Shown: positions 1 through 12,300, counted from the stretch's first letter. The stretch: 64,000 nt of DNA from an uncultured bacterium (GCA_964655175.1 CAZZLY010000001.1:5006-69005), one strand, 5' to 3'. Numbers and translations: made by a program. The notes: generated by a model from the letters alone, not told the origin.

Positions 1-12
1 GACCCGGGCACG

Positions 13-1734
13 GTGGGCGTCTCGGCGGTCGCGGCGGCCGACCTCGATGGCCTGCCCGGTGACGAGCTCGCGTTCCTCGATGCCAGCGGCGCGCTGCGCG
101 TGGTGCGCGGCGATGGCAGCGAACTCACCGGCTTCCCGAGTGCGCCGCTCGCCAACGGCCGTGCGCCCGTGATCGCGCGGCTCGGAGGGCCGGGCACGCC
201 GCCCTCGATCGTGGTCGCCTCACCGAACACGCTCACGGCGTTCGCGCCCGACGGCTCGACGCGCTGGACACGATCGTTCTTCCTCGCGCCGACCCAGGAT
301 CCCGCACTGGCGGATCTGGATGGCGACGGCGTGGACGAGATCGTGCTCGCCAACGCGTCGCCGCCGCAGATCATGGCGTTCGATTCGAGCGGCACCACGC
401 GCCCGGGCTGGCCCGTCGCCATGACGAACCCGGCGCTCGGGCCGCTCGTCGTGGGCCCGCTCACGAGCGGGGGCGGGCTCGGCGTGATGGCGTACACGAC
501 CACGGGCCTGGTGGCGTGGAGCGCGTCGGGCCAGCCGGTGCGCGGCTTCCCACGGCCGGGGCTCGCGGGGGTGCAGTGCTCGCTCGACGATCTCGATGGC
601 GACGGCGCCACCGAGGTCGCCGCGGGCACGGCGGTCCCGGACTCCAACCAGTACACGTACGACGCGGGCCCGGGCACGTTCGCCGCGAGCGCGCTCGTGT
701 GGCCCACCGTGCGCGGGGGCGCGGCGCGCACCGCGAGTCACGCGCGCGGCACCCCGCCCGCGTTCACGATCGACCTCACGGCACCGGGGCGCATCACCGA
801 CCTCGAGGCGCGGACGATCGACAACACCTCGGTGTCGCTGCGGTTCACGCACACGGGGGACGACGGCTTCGTGGGCACGGCGGCACGGCTCGAGCTGCGC
901 GCGTATCAGGGTCCGCTCGACGACGCGAACTTCGCGGTGTTCGGCACGTTGTTGCCGCCGATCCCGCCGCGTCCCGCGGGGACGCTCGACAGCGTCGTGG
1001 TGCACGGACTGCCCGAGGGCACGACGCGCTGGTTCGCACTGCGAGCGTTCGACCGCTTCGAGCGCGGCTCAGAGGTGTCCAACTCGGACTCGGCCTCGCT
1101 GCCCGGCGTCGCGCCCGGTGGCGTGCGCGACCTGCGCGCAACCGCGACGAACGAGAGCACGGTGGTGCTCACGTGGCTCGCCTCGGGCGGCGACGGCGAC
1201 CTGGGCCGTCCGCTGCGCTATCGCATCGCGGGCGCCCCGGGCCCGCTCGATTCCGCGAGCTTCGCGGTCGCCCCCGTGCAGCGCCTGCTCGATGCCACGC
1301 GCGATGCGGGCCAGCCCGAGACGTTGATGGTGGACCGGCTCACACCGGGGCGCCGCTGGCGGTTCGCGGTGATCGCGGTGGATGCCGCGTTCTCGGAGTC
1401 ACCCATGTCGACCTTGGCCGAGGCGGTCACCCCGGTCGGCGGCGCGATCGCGGGGCGCACCGGGTTCACGCTCGCGGCCCGACCGCTGCCGGCGTCGGCC
1501 GAGGTCACCGTGGACTGGCAGGGTGATCCTTCGGGCACCGTGCCGCAGTGGCTCGAGGTGCACGACCTCGCCGGTCGACTGCGTCGTCGCGTGTCGGTGG
1601 GGACCGAGCCCGGCGGGAGCTGGCAATGGAACGGCCGAGACGAGGAAGGTGTCCTCGTCCCGGCCGGTCTCTACTTCGTTCGACTGGTCAGCGGGTCCCG
1701 CCACGCGACGTCGCGTGTCGTGTTCGTCCGTTGA
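13..1734 (+). CDS. Secreted FG-GAP/VCBS-repeat protein with two fibronectin-III-like domains and a Por-secretion-tail-like C-terminal domain. It is 5'-truncated by the window edge.
   Basis: Repeated DLDGDG..E(I/V) FG-GAP-like motifs and GWP motifs. Two FN3-like segments (ITDLEARTIDNTSVSLRF; VRDLRATATNESTVVLTW). The C-terminal ~80 aa (VTVDWQG...VPQWLEVHDLAGRLRRRV...WQWNGRDEEGVLVPAGLYFVRLV) match the FlgD-Ig / T9SS C-terminal sorting domain pattern. The ORF begins at a GTG at nt 13 with no upstream stop, so the true start probably lies outside the window. Confidence 0.6.
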   Translation: MGVSAVAAADLDGLPGDELAFLDASGALRVVRGDGSELTGFPSAPLANGRAPVIARLGGPGTPPSIVVASPNTLTAFAPDGSTRWTRSFFLAPTQDPALADLDGDGVDEIVLANASPPQIMAFDSSGTTRPGWPVAMTNPALGPLVVGPLTSGGGLGVMAYTTTGLVAWSASGQPVRGFPRPGLAGVQCSLDDLDGDGATEVAAGTAVPDSNQYTYDAGPGTFAASALVWPTVRGGAARTASHARGTPPAFTIDLTAPGRITDLEARTIDNTSVSLRFTHTGDDGFVGTAARLELRAYQGPLDDANFAVFGTLLPPIPPRPAGTLDSVVVHGLPEGTTRWFALRAFDRFERGSEVSNSDSASLPGVAPGGVRDLRATATNESTVVLTWLASGGDGDLGRPLRYRIAGAPGPLDSASFAVAPVQRLLDATRDAGQPETLMVDRLTPGRRWRFAVIAVDAAFSESPMSTLAEAVTPVGGAIAGRTGFTLAARPLPASAEVTVDWQGDPSGTVPQWLEVHDLAGRLRRRVSVGTEPGGSWQWNGRDEEGVLVPAGLYFVRLVSGSRHATSRVVFVR

Positions 1735-1756
1735 ACGCGCCCGCTTCCCGACGGGT

Positions 1757-2206
1757 TCAGTTACCCGAGTCGAAGCCCTTGTTGCCACCGGTGTTCGGGC
1801 CGGCCTGGCCGTCCCACACCGTGCGATCCAGCGACAGGCTGGACGTGAAGGCGCTGGGCACGTTGTTGATGCTCACGGCGCGGACGCGATAGAACTCCGT
1901 CACGACCTGACCGTTCAGCGGCAGCATGTACGAGTTCGTGTTCGCATCGACCGTGGCGACGAGCTCGCCGGGGGCCGAGGCGCCCATGTAGATCTCGTAG
2001 CTACCGACGTTGGCCGAGGCGCTGGCATCCCACATGACCCAGTCACGGCTGATCGACGCATCCGTGAAGCCGTGGATGTTCGACGGCGTCGCCGGCGGCG
2101 ACAGGTCGATGGGGGCGAGCGACGACGTGCTCTTCTTGCTGCAGCCAACGAGGGACGTGGCGATGGCCGCGAACGTGAGGGCGGCGACAAGATGACGACG
2201 GAACAT
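1757..2206 (-). CDS. Small lipoprotein with an FN3/Ig-like fold. Function unknown.
   Basis: N-terminus MFRRHLVAALTFAAIATSLVGCSKK is a signal peptide plus lipobox (LVGC). It is the only clean minus-strand ORF with non-degenerate composition, and it is convergent with the upstream gene. Confidence 0.5.
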   Translation of the reverse strand: MFRRHLVAALTFAAIATSLVGCSKKSTSSLAPIDLSPPATPSNIHGFTDASISRDWVMWDASASANVGSYEIYMGASAPGELVATVDANTNSYMLPLNGQVVTEFYRVRAVSINNVPSAFTSSLSLDRTVWDGQAGPNTGGNKGFDSGN

Positions 2207-2451
2207 GGTGAGCAGCCTCCGAGTTGAGGGACTTGTTGGGCGTGTCGCAGGATTCCAAGCCTGGATCCCGTGACCGCCTTGTGGACCGAGCGGTACCTAC
2301 TGCAACCTCGGTGCCAATCGGACCGAGGGGTGAGGCGAGACGCATGAAACGTTTATTCACAGTCGGTAAGCGCATCGGGGCTTTTCACCCCGGCCTTGCC
2401 GCGACCGGCAGAACTTGCGGACTGCATGTCCCCGGCATTGCGTGTTGCGCG

Positions 2452-4527
2452 ATGCGCATGATCCGTGCGGTCCCGAGCACACTCCGCTCGTGCCGGGTAT
2501 CGGCACTCCTTGCCGTCTCCTTGACCCTGCTTTTCGTCGGGCCCGGTCGGGCCGAGACACCCGTGTTCGGCTCCCCATTGCGCTGGCCACTCACGACGCC
2601 GGGTCACGCGTTGCGCGGCGGCTTCGGCGAGACGCGCTCCAACCATTTCCACGCGGGGCTCGATCTCTCGACCGGGCAACGCGTGGGGGCGGTGGTGGTG
2701 GCCCCGGCGGCCGCCACGGTCGAACGCGTGCGCGCCTCCGGTGTGGGGTACGGCCGCTCGTTGTATCTGCGGCTGACCGATGGCCGGCTCGTGGTCTACG
2801 GCCACCTCGATGCGTTCGAGCCCCGGCTGGCGGCGTGGGTGGACTCGGTCCAGCGCGCGACCACTTCTTATGAGCAGGACCTGTGGCCCGAGGCCGGTCG
2901 GTTCGGCTACGCGACGGGCGACGTGGTCGCCTGGAGCGGTGAGAGCGGGGCCGGGCCGCCGCACCTGCACGTCGAGGTGCGTCACGGCGACTTCGGCCTC
3001 AATCCGCTCATGGCGGGGTTCGCGGTGCCCGACACGGTGCCGCCGACGATCGAGACGCTGGTGCTGGAGCCGCTCGACGAGCGCTCGTTCGTCGAGCGCC
3101 GCGCCGCGCCGTACGTGCACCGCGTGCGCGCGGCGGGCGACACGCTGCTCGTCGAGGGCCGCGTGCGGTTGGCACTGGTGGCGTCGGACGCCAGCAACGA
3201 GGCCCGCGGACTACCCGTGCGGCGCGTCGCGGCGTTCTGGAACGGGCAGTGGGTCGAGTGCCGCATGGACAGCATCTCGTGGGCGGGGGAGATGTCGCAG
3301 ATCGCGTGGTTGCTCGACCGCGGTCGCATCGTCGGCAGCGGCGGCGTGATCCTGGATGCCCCGCCGCGCTATCGGCCGCGGTTCCTCGCCTCGAGTCGTC
3401 CCGACACGCTCGCGACCGAGCTGGTCACGGTGAGCGATGGTGCGGCCCCGCGCGAGCTGCGTCTGGTCGCGAGCGACGCGGCGGGTCGCGAGACCGTTCG
3501 CCGGGTCTGGTTGCGCGGGCCGCGCTGGAACGAACTCGGTCCCGACACGCGTGGCGTGACCCCGACGCCCAAACCGGTCCGTGGCGCCAAGGCCGTGCCC
3601 GCGGTCGATCCGCGCTGGACCTTCGCCACGCTGCCCGATCAGCGTGTGCGGGTCTCGGTCACCGGTACGCCGCCGGGTCTGCGCGCGGTGCGCATCGAGC
3701 GCGGCGGCACCGCGCCCGAGAACAGTGGCGGCGTGGACGCCTCGTGGGACGGCGCGTCGTGGAGCGCCGTGCTCAACATGACCGGCACGCCCGATCCCGA
3801 CGGCCTGTGGATCAAGGGCCGCCTCGCCGACGGCAAGGCATGGTGGCATCGCGGCGCGTGGTCGCTGTGGGCCACCGGGACCCCGTTCGTCATCAAGCAC
3901 GACGAGTGGGCGTGGACGTCGCTGCCGCCGGAGCAGGTGCTCGAGAACGACGTCGTCATGACGCGCCTGACGCCGATCGGCGGACTGGCACCCGGCGCGG
4001 TCGGGGTGCGCGCGGCGTTCGAGATCCAGCCGGCCGCGATGCCGGTGCGTCGCCCCGTCACGCTCTGGCTGCGGCTGCCGGTCGGCATGGCACGCGACCG
4101 GCTCGGGATGTTCCGCCGCGACGGCGAGGGCGACCGCTGGGAGTGGGCCGACGGCGTGCTCGACACGGTCGGCAACGCCTTCCACGCCGAGGCGACGCGG
4201 TTCGGTCAGTTCGCCGTCGTTCGCGACGACGCCGCACCCGAGGTGACGCTCCTGCCCACCCGGTCGCGGGGGAGTGCGGGGCCCTATTCGCGCTGGGCGG
4301 TCGAGGCGCGCGTGCTCGACGGCACGAGCGGGGTGGCGGGCCGACAGTGCACGATCCGCATCGATGGACGGCTCGTACCCGCCGAGTGGGACGCCGAGTC
4401 GAAGGTGTTGCGCTGGAGGCCGTTGCAGCCGCCGTCGAAGGGGCGACATGAAGTCGTCGTCGAGGCGGTCGACCGGGTCGGCAACCGCACGGTCCGCTCC
4501 GGCTCCTTTGTGATAGTTTCGCGCTGA
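2452..4527 (+). CDS. M23 family (LytM/lysostaphin-like) zinc metallopeptidase with a long C-terminal extension.
   Basis: HFHAGLDLS ... GRSLYLRLTDGRLVVYGHLD ... GESGAGPPHLHVEV are the HxxxD and HxH signatures of M23. A signal-peptide-like MRMIRAVPSTLRSCRVSALLAVSLTLLFVGPGRA begins at 2452. The ORF track offers 2224, and an in-frame ATG at 2344 is another alternative start. Confidence 0.75.
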   Translation: MRMIRAVPSTLRSCRVSALLAVSLTLLFVGPGRAETPVFGSPLRWPLTTPGHALRGGFGETRSNHFHAGLDLSTGQRVGAVVVAPAAATVERVRASGVGYGRSLYLRLTDGRLVVYGHLDAFEPRLAAWVDSVQRATTSYEQDLWPEAGRFGYATGDVVAWSGESGAGPPHLHVEVRHGDFGLNPLMAGFAVPDTVPPTIETLVLEPLDERSFVERRAAPYVHRVRAAGDTLLVEGRVRLALVASDASNEARGLPVRRVAAFWNGQWVECRMDSISWAGEMSQIAWLLDRGRIVGSGGVILDAPPRYRPRFLASSRPDTLATELVTVSDGAAPRELRLVASDAAGRETVRRVWLRGPRWNELGPDTRGVTPTPKPVRGAKAVPAVDPRWTFATLPDQRVRVSVTGTPPGLRAVRIERGGTAPENSGGVDASWDGASWSAVLNMTGTPDPDGLWIKGRLADGKAWWHRGAWSLWATGTPFVIKHDEWAWTSLPPEQVLENDVVMTRLTPIGGLAPGAVGVRAAFEIQPAAMPVRRPVTLWLRLPVGMARDRLGMFRRDGEGDRWEWADGVLDTVGNAFHAEATRFGQFAVVRDDAAPEVTLLPTRSRGSAGPYSRWAVEARVLDGTSGVAGRQCTIRIDGRLVPAEWDAESKVLRWRPLQPPSKGRHEVVVEAVDRVGNRTVRSGSFVIVSR

Positions 4528-4603
4528 ACTCCCGGGCGGGCCCTCCGGGTCCGCCCCGTGCGGCGCCCTGCCACCCGCACCCCCGACCGACCTCTCGCGC
4601 AGG

Positions 4604-7600
4604 ATGCGCCCCATGAAGCACTCGGACTTCGTCCACCTCCACAACCACAGCGACTATTCGCTCCTCGACGGGGCGAGCCCGATCCCGGCCATGGTCAAGA
4701 AGGCGGCCAAGCTGGAGATGCCGGCGCTCGCGCTGACCGACCACGGGGCGATGTTCGGTGCGGTCGAGTTCTACCAGGAGGCGCGCAAGGCCGGGATCAA
4801 GCCGCTCGTGGGCATGGAGGCGTACGTCACCCGCGGCAAGCTCACGGACCGCACGCCCGGCGACAAGGCGCACCATCTGGTGCTGCTCGCGCGCGACGAG
4901 CGCGGCTTCAAGAACCTCATGCGGCTGGCGAGCCTCGCCTACCTCGAGGGCTTCTACTACAAGCCGCGCGTCGACCATCACGTGCTGGGCCAGCACGCGG
5001 AAGGCCTGTTGGCGCTGTCCGCCTGTCCGCAGGGCGAGGTCGCGATGGACCTGCTCGAGGACCGCGACGACGACGCCATGCGCACCGCGGGCATGTACCG
5101 CGACATGTTCGGGGCGGACAACTACTTCCTCGAGATGCAGAACCACGGGCTCGACATCGAGGACAAGATCCGCGCCAAGGTCGCGCAGTTGGCCACGCGC
5201 ACCGGCATCCCGATCGTCGCCACCAACGACTGCCACTACATCGACCACGACCACACCGAAGCGCAGGACGTGCTCATCTGCATCCAGACGGGCAAGACCG
5301 TCTCGGACGAGAAGCGCATGCGCGCCATGGAGCACTTGCACTTCCGCTCGCCGGCCGAGATGAAGGAGGCGTTCCGCGATCATCCGCAGGCGATCCTCAA
5401 CACGCTGGCGGTGGCCGAGCGCTGCAACCTCAAGATGGACTTCGGCAAGCCGCTGCTGCCCGAGTTCCCGCTGCCGCCGGGCGAGCGCGACGCCGACGAG
5501 TACTTCCGCAAGCTGGCGTGGGCCGAACTGGCGACGCGCTTCCCGGGGGGCTTCACCGAGGCGCTCAAGCAGCGCTTCCAGTACGAGCTCGACGTCATCT
5601 GCAAGATGGGCTTCGCGTCGTACTTCCTGATCGTGCGCGACTTCATCCACTTCGCCCGCACGCGCGGCATCGGCGTGGGCCCCGGCCGTGGCTCGGCCGC
5701 CGGTTCCATGGTCGCCTACGCGCTGCGCATCACCGACGTGGATCCGTTCCGGCACCAGCTCATCTTCGAGCGGTTCCTGAACCCCGAGCGCGTCACCATG
5801 CCCGATATCGATATCGACTTCGACGATCTGCGGCGTGGCGAGGTGATCCAGTACGTGAAGGACAAGTACGGCGAGCGCAACGTCACGCAGATCATCACGT
5901 TCGGCACCATGGGCGCCAAGGGCGTCATGCGCGACGTGGGGCGCGCGCTCGGGCTGCCCGTGCCCGAGGTCGATCGCATCGCCAAGCTCGTGCCCGACAC
6001 GCTGGGCATGACGCTCGACAAGGCGATCGAGTCCACGCCCGAGCTCAAGTCGCTGCCCTCCAAGGGGCCCGTGTACGCCAAGCTCATGCGCAGCGCCAAG
6101 GTGCTCGAGGGCCTGGCGCGTCACAGCTCGGTGCACGCGGCCGGCGTGCTCATCACGCCGGGGCCGCTCACCGACTACGTGCCGCTGTGTCGTCAGAAGG
6201 GCGATCTCGTCACGACGCAGTGGGACATGAAGTCGGTCGAGAAGGCCGGGCTGCTCAAGATGGACTTCCTCGGGCTGCGCACGCTGTCCGTGCTGCAGGA
6301 CGCGGTCGACCTCGTGAAGCTGCACCACGGGCGCGACGTGGACGTGGCGAATCTGCCCGAGGACGATCCCAAGTCGTTCGAGGTGTTCCAGGCCGGCGAC
6401 ACCGTGGCCGTGTTCCAGTTCGAGTCGCCGGGCATGCGCGACTACCTCAAGCGCCTCAAGCCCACCGTGGTCGACGACCTCACGGCCATGAACGCGCTCT
6501 ACCGCCCCGGGCCGATGGAGAACATCCCGTACTTCATCGACTGCAAGCACGGCCGGCAGAAGGTGAAGTACGACCATCCCAAGCTCGAGCCGATCCTCGC
6601 GAGCACCTACGGCGTGTTCGTGTACCAGGAACAGGTCATGGCGGCCGCGCACGATCTGGCCGGCTTCTCGATGGCACAGGCCGACGAGCTGCGCCGCGCC
6701 ATGGGTAAGAAGATCGTCGAGGAGATGGAGAAGAAGCGCGTCCAGTTCGTGGACGGCTGCGAGAAGACCTCGCGCATCGCCCCCAAGGTGGCCGAGCGCA
6801 TCTTCGCCACGATGGAGAAGTTCGCGGGCTACGGCTTCAACAAGTCGCACTCGGCCGCGTACGCGATCGTCGCCTACCAGTGCGCGTATCTGAAGGGCAA
6901 CTACCCGGCCGAGTTCATGGCCGCCGCGCTCACCTCCGAGATGAGCGACAGCACGCGCGTGCTCACGCTCGTGGACGAGTGCCGTCACAAGGGCATCGGG
7001 ATCCTGCCGCCGGACGTGAACCACTCGAACTGGAAGTTCAGCATCGAGGGCGGTCAGGTGCGCATCGGGCTGGGTGCCGTGCGCAACGTGGGGCAGGCCC
7101 CGGTCGAGGCCATCGTGGCCGCGCGCGCCGAGGGCGGGCCCTTCAAGGACCTGTACGATCTCACCGCGCGCATGCCGGCGGGCGTGCTCAACCGGCGCGT
7201 GCTCGAGAGTCTGGCCGCGTCCGGCGCGCTCGATTCGCTGGGCGGCTCGCGCGAGCGCCTGTTCGCGGGCGCGGCCGGGGCGCTCGAACACGCGGCCGCG
7301 CAGCATCGCGATGCAGCGGCGGGGCAGTCGTCGCTGTTCGGCGAGGACAGCGGTTCGCTGGGCGTGGCGGTCGCACCGCCCCTGCCCGAGGTGCCGGCGT
7401 GGACCGACCGCGAGCGCGGCACGCGCGAGAAGGAGCTGATCGGCTTCTACCTCACGGGGCATCCGCTCGAGCCGATCCGCGCGCAGGCCGAGCGCGTCGC
7501 GACGCATTCGATCGGGCAGGTGCTCGAGCAGGGCGACGGCGCCGAGGTGCGCATCGTCGCGCTCGTGGGCGAGATCAAGTCGATCACCACCAAGACGGGC

Positions 7601-8046
7601 AAGCTCATGGGCATGGTGATGCTCGAGGACCTGAGCGGTCGCATCGAGTGCACGCTGTTCCCGGAGGCCTGGGAGCAGTCGCGTTCCAAGCTCGAGCCCG
7701 ACGCGGTCGTCGTCGTCTCGGGGCGCATCGAGGTGCGCGAGGAGCGTGGGCCCAAGCTGCTGATCAACGACGTGCGGCCGTGGGAGACCGCGCAGTACCA
7801 GTTCGCGCCCTCGCTCTACATCGAGGTGCGCGCCGAGGAGCTCACCGAGGAGAATCTCGCCGGCATGGACGAGATCCTGTCGGCGCATCCCGGCGATGCC
7901 GACGTGCTGCTGACCATCGTGAAACCCGACAACACCCGTCTGGCCATGCGTTCGCGTCGCTTCCGTGTGGGCGACGATCCGGCGTTGCTGACGGGCCTCA
8001 AGGCCCGCATGCCCAGTGCCCGCGTGCGCTGGGGGAAGGGGGGCGT

Positions 8047-8050
<4 letters not shown>
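4604..8050 (+). CDS. dnaE: DNA polymerase III alpha subunit.
   Basis: N-terminal PHP domain FVHLHNHSDYSLLDGA, a polymerase core, and a C-terminal OB-fold region. Length 1148 aa. The alternative ATG at 4613 (MKHSDFVHLH) is equally plausible. Confidence 0.95.
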
Positions 8051-9003
<953 letters not shown>

Positions 9004-9187
9004 GCCTTCCGGGACGGCGGCGGCGACCACGCGTGACGAGGCCCTGTGCTAGACTCGCGCGCGGTCGCGCGGTGCCGTTCGCAGCGGTCCGCCACGCGTC
9101 GGGGACGGCGGTGTCGGAGGCGTTCAAGCCGCTGCCGTCCATGCCGATACCCGGTTCGTCGCCGATCCCGATCCCACGAGGAGCCTC

Positions 9188-9355
9188 ATGGCGCTGAGTC
9201 CCGATCTGTTGGCCATCCTGGTGTGTCCCGCCTGCAAGGGCGATCTCGCCTACGACAGCAACGCGAACACCCTGACCTGTCCCGCGTGCCGGCTCCGCTA
9301 CAAGGTGGTGGAGGACATCCCGGTGATGCTCGTGGACGAGGCCGAGAAGTTCTGA
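9188..9355 (+). CDS. Trm112/UPF0434 (YcaR-like) small zinc-ribbon protein of 55 aa. It is absent from the ORF track because it falls below the size cutoff.
   Basis: [55 protein letters not shown] shows the LL.IL.CP.CKG.L ... C..C ... DGIPVML..EA pattern of the family. Compare E. coli YcaR. Confidence 0.6.
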   Translation: MALSPDLLAILVCPACKGDLAYDSNANTLTCPACRLRYKVVEDIPVMLVDEAEKF

Positions 9356-9384
9356 ACCCGCGGCCCGCGATCGTGCCCATCCCG

Positions 9385-12300
9385 ATGAGGTTCCGTCGTA
9401 CCGTCGTCGCCACGCTGGCGATGCTCGCGCTGTGCGGTGCGCCCCGTGTGGGCGCGGCCGCCACGCCGACGCCGCTCGCCGGGGTCCGCCTCGCGCCCGC
9501 CACGCCCGGTGCGGTGCGTTTCACCGTCGCCGTGCCCGAGCCGCGCTTCGTGCGCGTCGATCACGACCTCGACCACGACGATCTCATGATCGACGGCTTC
9601 ACCACCGTGGGCACGCCCGGGCAGCCCGCGCTGCCGACGCGTGTCGTGATGGTCGCGGTCCCGCCCGTGGGCGAGGTGCGCCTGACCGCGGTCGCGAGCG
9701 ACGTGCGCGTGCGTGAGGGCGTCACGCTGGCACCGCGTCCCGCCGAGGATCGCGAGGGGCACGTCGTGCGCGTCGCGCGCGACCTCGCGGCCTACGGTGC
9801 CGCCGGCAGCCCGGTGCCCGTCGCCGCGCGACTGCTCGACGTGTCGTGGCTGCGCAACCAGCGCGTCGCGCGCATCGAGTTGTCGCCCGCCGCCTACGAA
9901 CCCGCCGCGCGTCGTCTGGGCGTGGCCTCGCGTCTCGACGTCGAACTCGCCGTGGACGTGCTCGGACCGCTGGGCCCGCCCGCCGAAGCGAACGACGGCT
10001 TCGAGCCCGTCTACCGTCAGTCGCTCCTCAACTACGCGCAGGGCCTCGCGTGGCGACGTCCCGAGACCGCCGCGTTGCTCGCCGCCTCGCGCCGCGCCGG
10101 GGTGCGTCTCGAGGCCACGCAGGCCGATGCGATCACCGTGGGCGATACGACCAGCGTGTTCGCGGGCCGCACCTGGATCAAGATCGCGGTGCAGAAGTCC
10201 GGCTTCGTCGCGGTGAACTTCTCGCGGTTGCGCAATCTGTCGCTGTTCGATCCCACGATCCCCGCGCCGCTCGACAGCCTGCGGTTGTTCACGTGGCCCG
10301 GTGTGACCGTGCTGCCCGAGGACAGCTACTGCGACTCGTGCGCCTATCGCGAGGTCGCGATCGGCATCGTGCGCGACGTGAGCGCGCCGCCCTCCGGGCA
10401 GCCCAACGTGGACGGACCGGCCGATGGGCTGTTCGCCGACAACAACGACGCGTTCTACTTCTACGCGCAGGGACCGGACGGGTGGGAGAGCGATCAGGAC
10501 GCCGCGCGCCCGGACACGAACTACACGACCAACCCGTACGAGAAGAACAACTACTACTACCTGACCGTCTCGCGCAGCGACAATCCCGTGAGCGGTCTCG
10601 CGTACCCGGTGAGCGCGCGTCGCATCGGCGCCGATGCGGCCACGCGTCGCAGTGTCACGCCCGACGGTCGCGAGACGCCGGTCGCGACGGTGCCGGGGCG
10701 CGTGCACCTCGAGCAGGACCTCGAGTACTGGCCGGACGCCACCGCGGTGGGCAGCTCGCTCAAGTGGGAGAAGTTCTTCTGGCGCAGCCTCATCTCGGGG
10801 CAGACCTTCACGCACTCGCTCGATCTGCCGGATGCCGACACCACGCAGCCGGCGCGGCTCCGGTTGCGGCAGTGGGGGCTGTCGGACAACTACCGCACGC
10901 TCAACTTCAGCTGCTTCGTGCGCATCCCCGATCACGTGCTCGACGTCTCGCTCAACGGGCTCACGATCCCGAGGCTGAGTTGGTTCTCGAACACGGCCGA
11001 GGACGGTGGGGCGGTGACGATCGACACGACCGCCACGTTCCTGCGGCGCACCGGGAATCAGCTCACGGTCACCGTGCCGGTGCTGCCGCGCGACCCGGAC
11101 TGCCCCAATCGTCTCGATCGCAGCGCCGTCGCGTTCTACGAGGTGTACTACGCGCGCCGTCTGATGCCCGAGGGCGATGCGATCACGTTCGCCACCGCCC
11201 CGGGGACCGGTCGCTTCCGTTACGACGTCGGACCGTTCGCGCGCACGCCGTCGTCGTTCGTGTTCGACGTCACCGATCCGCAGCGACCCGTGCTGCTCAC
11301 CGATGCCGTGCGCACGAACGGGCCCGAGGGTTTCACGCTGTCGTTCGCGGACACGCAGACCGTGGCGCATCGCTACGCGGTCGTGCCCGACTCGATCCTC
11401 ACGCAGACGACCGCGGTGCTGGCGGCGAGCGCGTTCTCGGATGCGCCGTTCACGAGCCGTCGCAACCTGCGCAGCACGACGAATCGCGCCGACTACCTCG
11501 TCATCCACTACGACGGATTCCAGCAGGCCGCGGATTCGTTGGTCGCCTGGCGGCGTCAGCACCTGCCGCTGCTGGCCACGCCGGCGCCGCATGCCGCGGA
11601 GGCGATCCCGGTGTCGGCGATCTTCGACCAGTTCTCGGGCGGGCGCACCGACCCGGGCGCGATCCGCAGCTTCCTGCGCGCGGCCTACGGCTGGGCGACG
11701 CGGCCCCTGTACGTGACGTTCCTGGGCGACGCCTCGTACGACTACAAGGACATCACCGGGCGCGCCACGCCGGGGCTGCCGGGCTGTCTGCTGCCGACCT
11801 ACGAGAACGGCTTCGACAAGACGTTCGTCATCCGGCGTCAGTACGTGACCGACGACTGGATCGTGAACGTGAACGATTCGCGCGTCGTGTTGCCGGACTA
11901 CCTCTCGGGGCGCATCCCCGCCGACGACGCGGCCTCGGCCCTCGCGGTGGTGACGCAGAAGGTGCTCGGTTACGAGCGCCGCGCCCCGGTCGGGGAGTAC
12001 CGCAACAGCGTCCTGTTCATGGCCGACGACAACGTGCAGGGCGGACCGTGCGACGCCACCAATTGCGAGCGCGGCTGCGACGCACTGGCGTGGACCCACG
12101 TGTTCCAGACCGACAACCTGAACGTCGCGCACACGCCCGAGCACATCGACCGCGAGTACGTGTACCTGCACACCTATCCGACCGGTCCGGGTGTGACCAA
12201 GCCGGGGGCGCGTGCCGACCTGTTCGCCAAGCTCAATCAGGGGACGTCGGTCTTCAACTACGTCGGCCACGGCAGTCCGTTCAAGATGACCGACGAGGGC

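Noticed and set aside
4558-6708. 716-aa + strand ORF in an alternative frame inside dnaE, and similar same-strand off-frame ORFs such as 9846..12671 and 21789..22613.
   Set aside because: Arg/Pro/Gly-rich nonsense-like translation with no domain signatures. It overlaps a high-confidence gene in another frame.
4058-7888. 1276-aa minus-strand ORF antisense to dnaE.
   Set aside because: Extremely Arg/Ala/Gly/Leu-rich low-complexity translation with no motifs, lying entirely inside a confidently identified dnaE. This is a typical antisense open frame of ~70% GC DNA. The same applies to the other long minus-strand ORFs: 9298..13431, 14867..16330, 16463..18241, 20002..24324, 23973..26105, 25912..27705, 28197..29504, 29480..31357, 34207..36255, 37153..39696, 39330..41591, 42437..44077 and 45442..47568.
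6880-8046. Upstream extension of the accA ORF, which the track starts at 6880.
   Set aside because: Low-complexity Arg/Gly-rich translation running through the 3' end of dnaE in another frame. AccA homology begins only at the GTG at 8047 (VTVWLEFEKP...).
9046-9384. Upstream in-frame extension of the C25 peptidase ORF, which the track starts at 9046.
   Set aside because: The extension translates as an Arg-rich stretch. It also overlaps the real Trm112-like ORF (9188..9355) in another frame. A proper signal peptide begins at the ATG at 9385.
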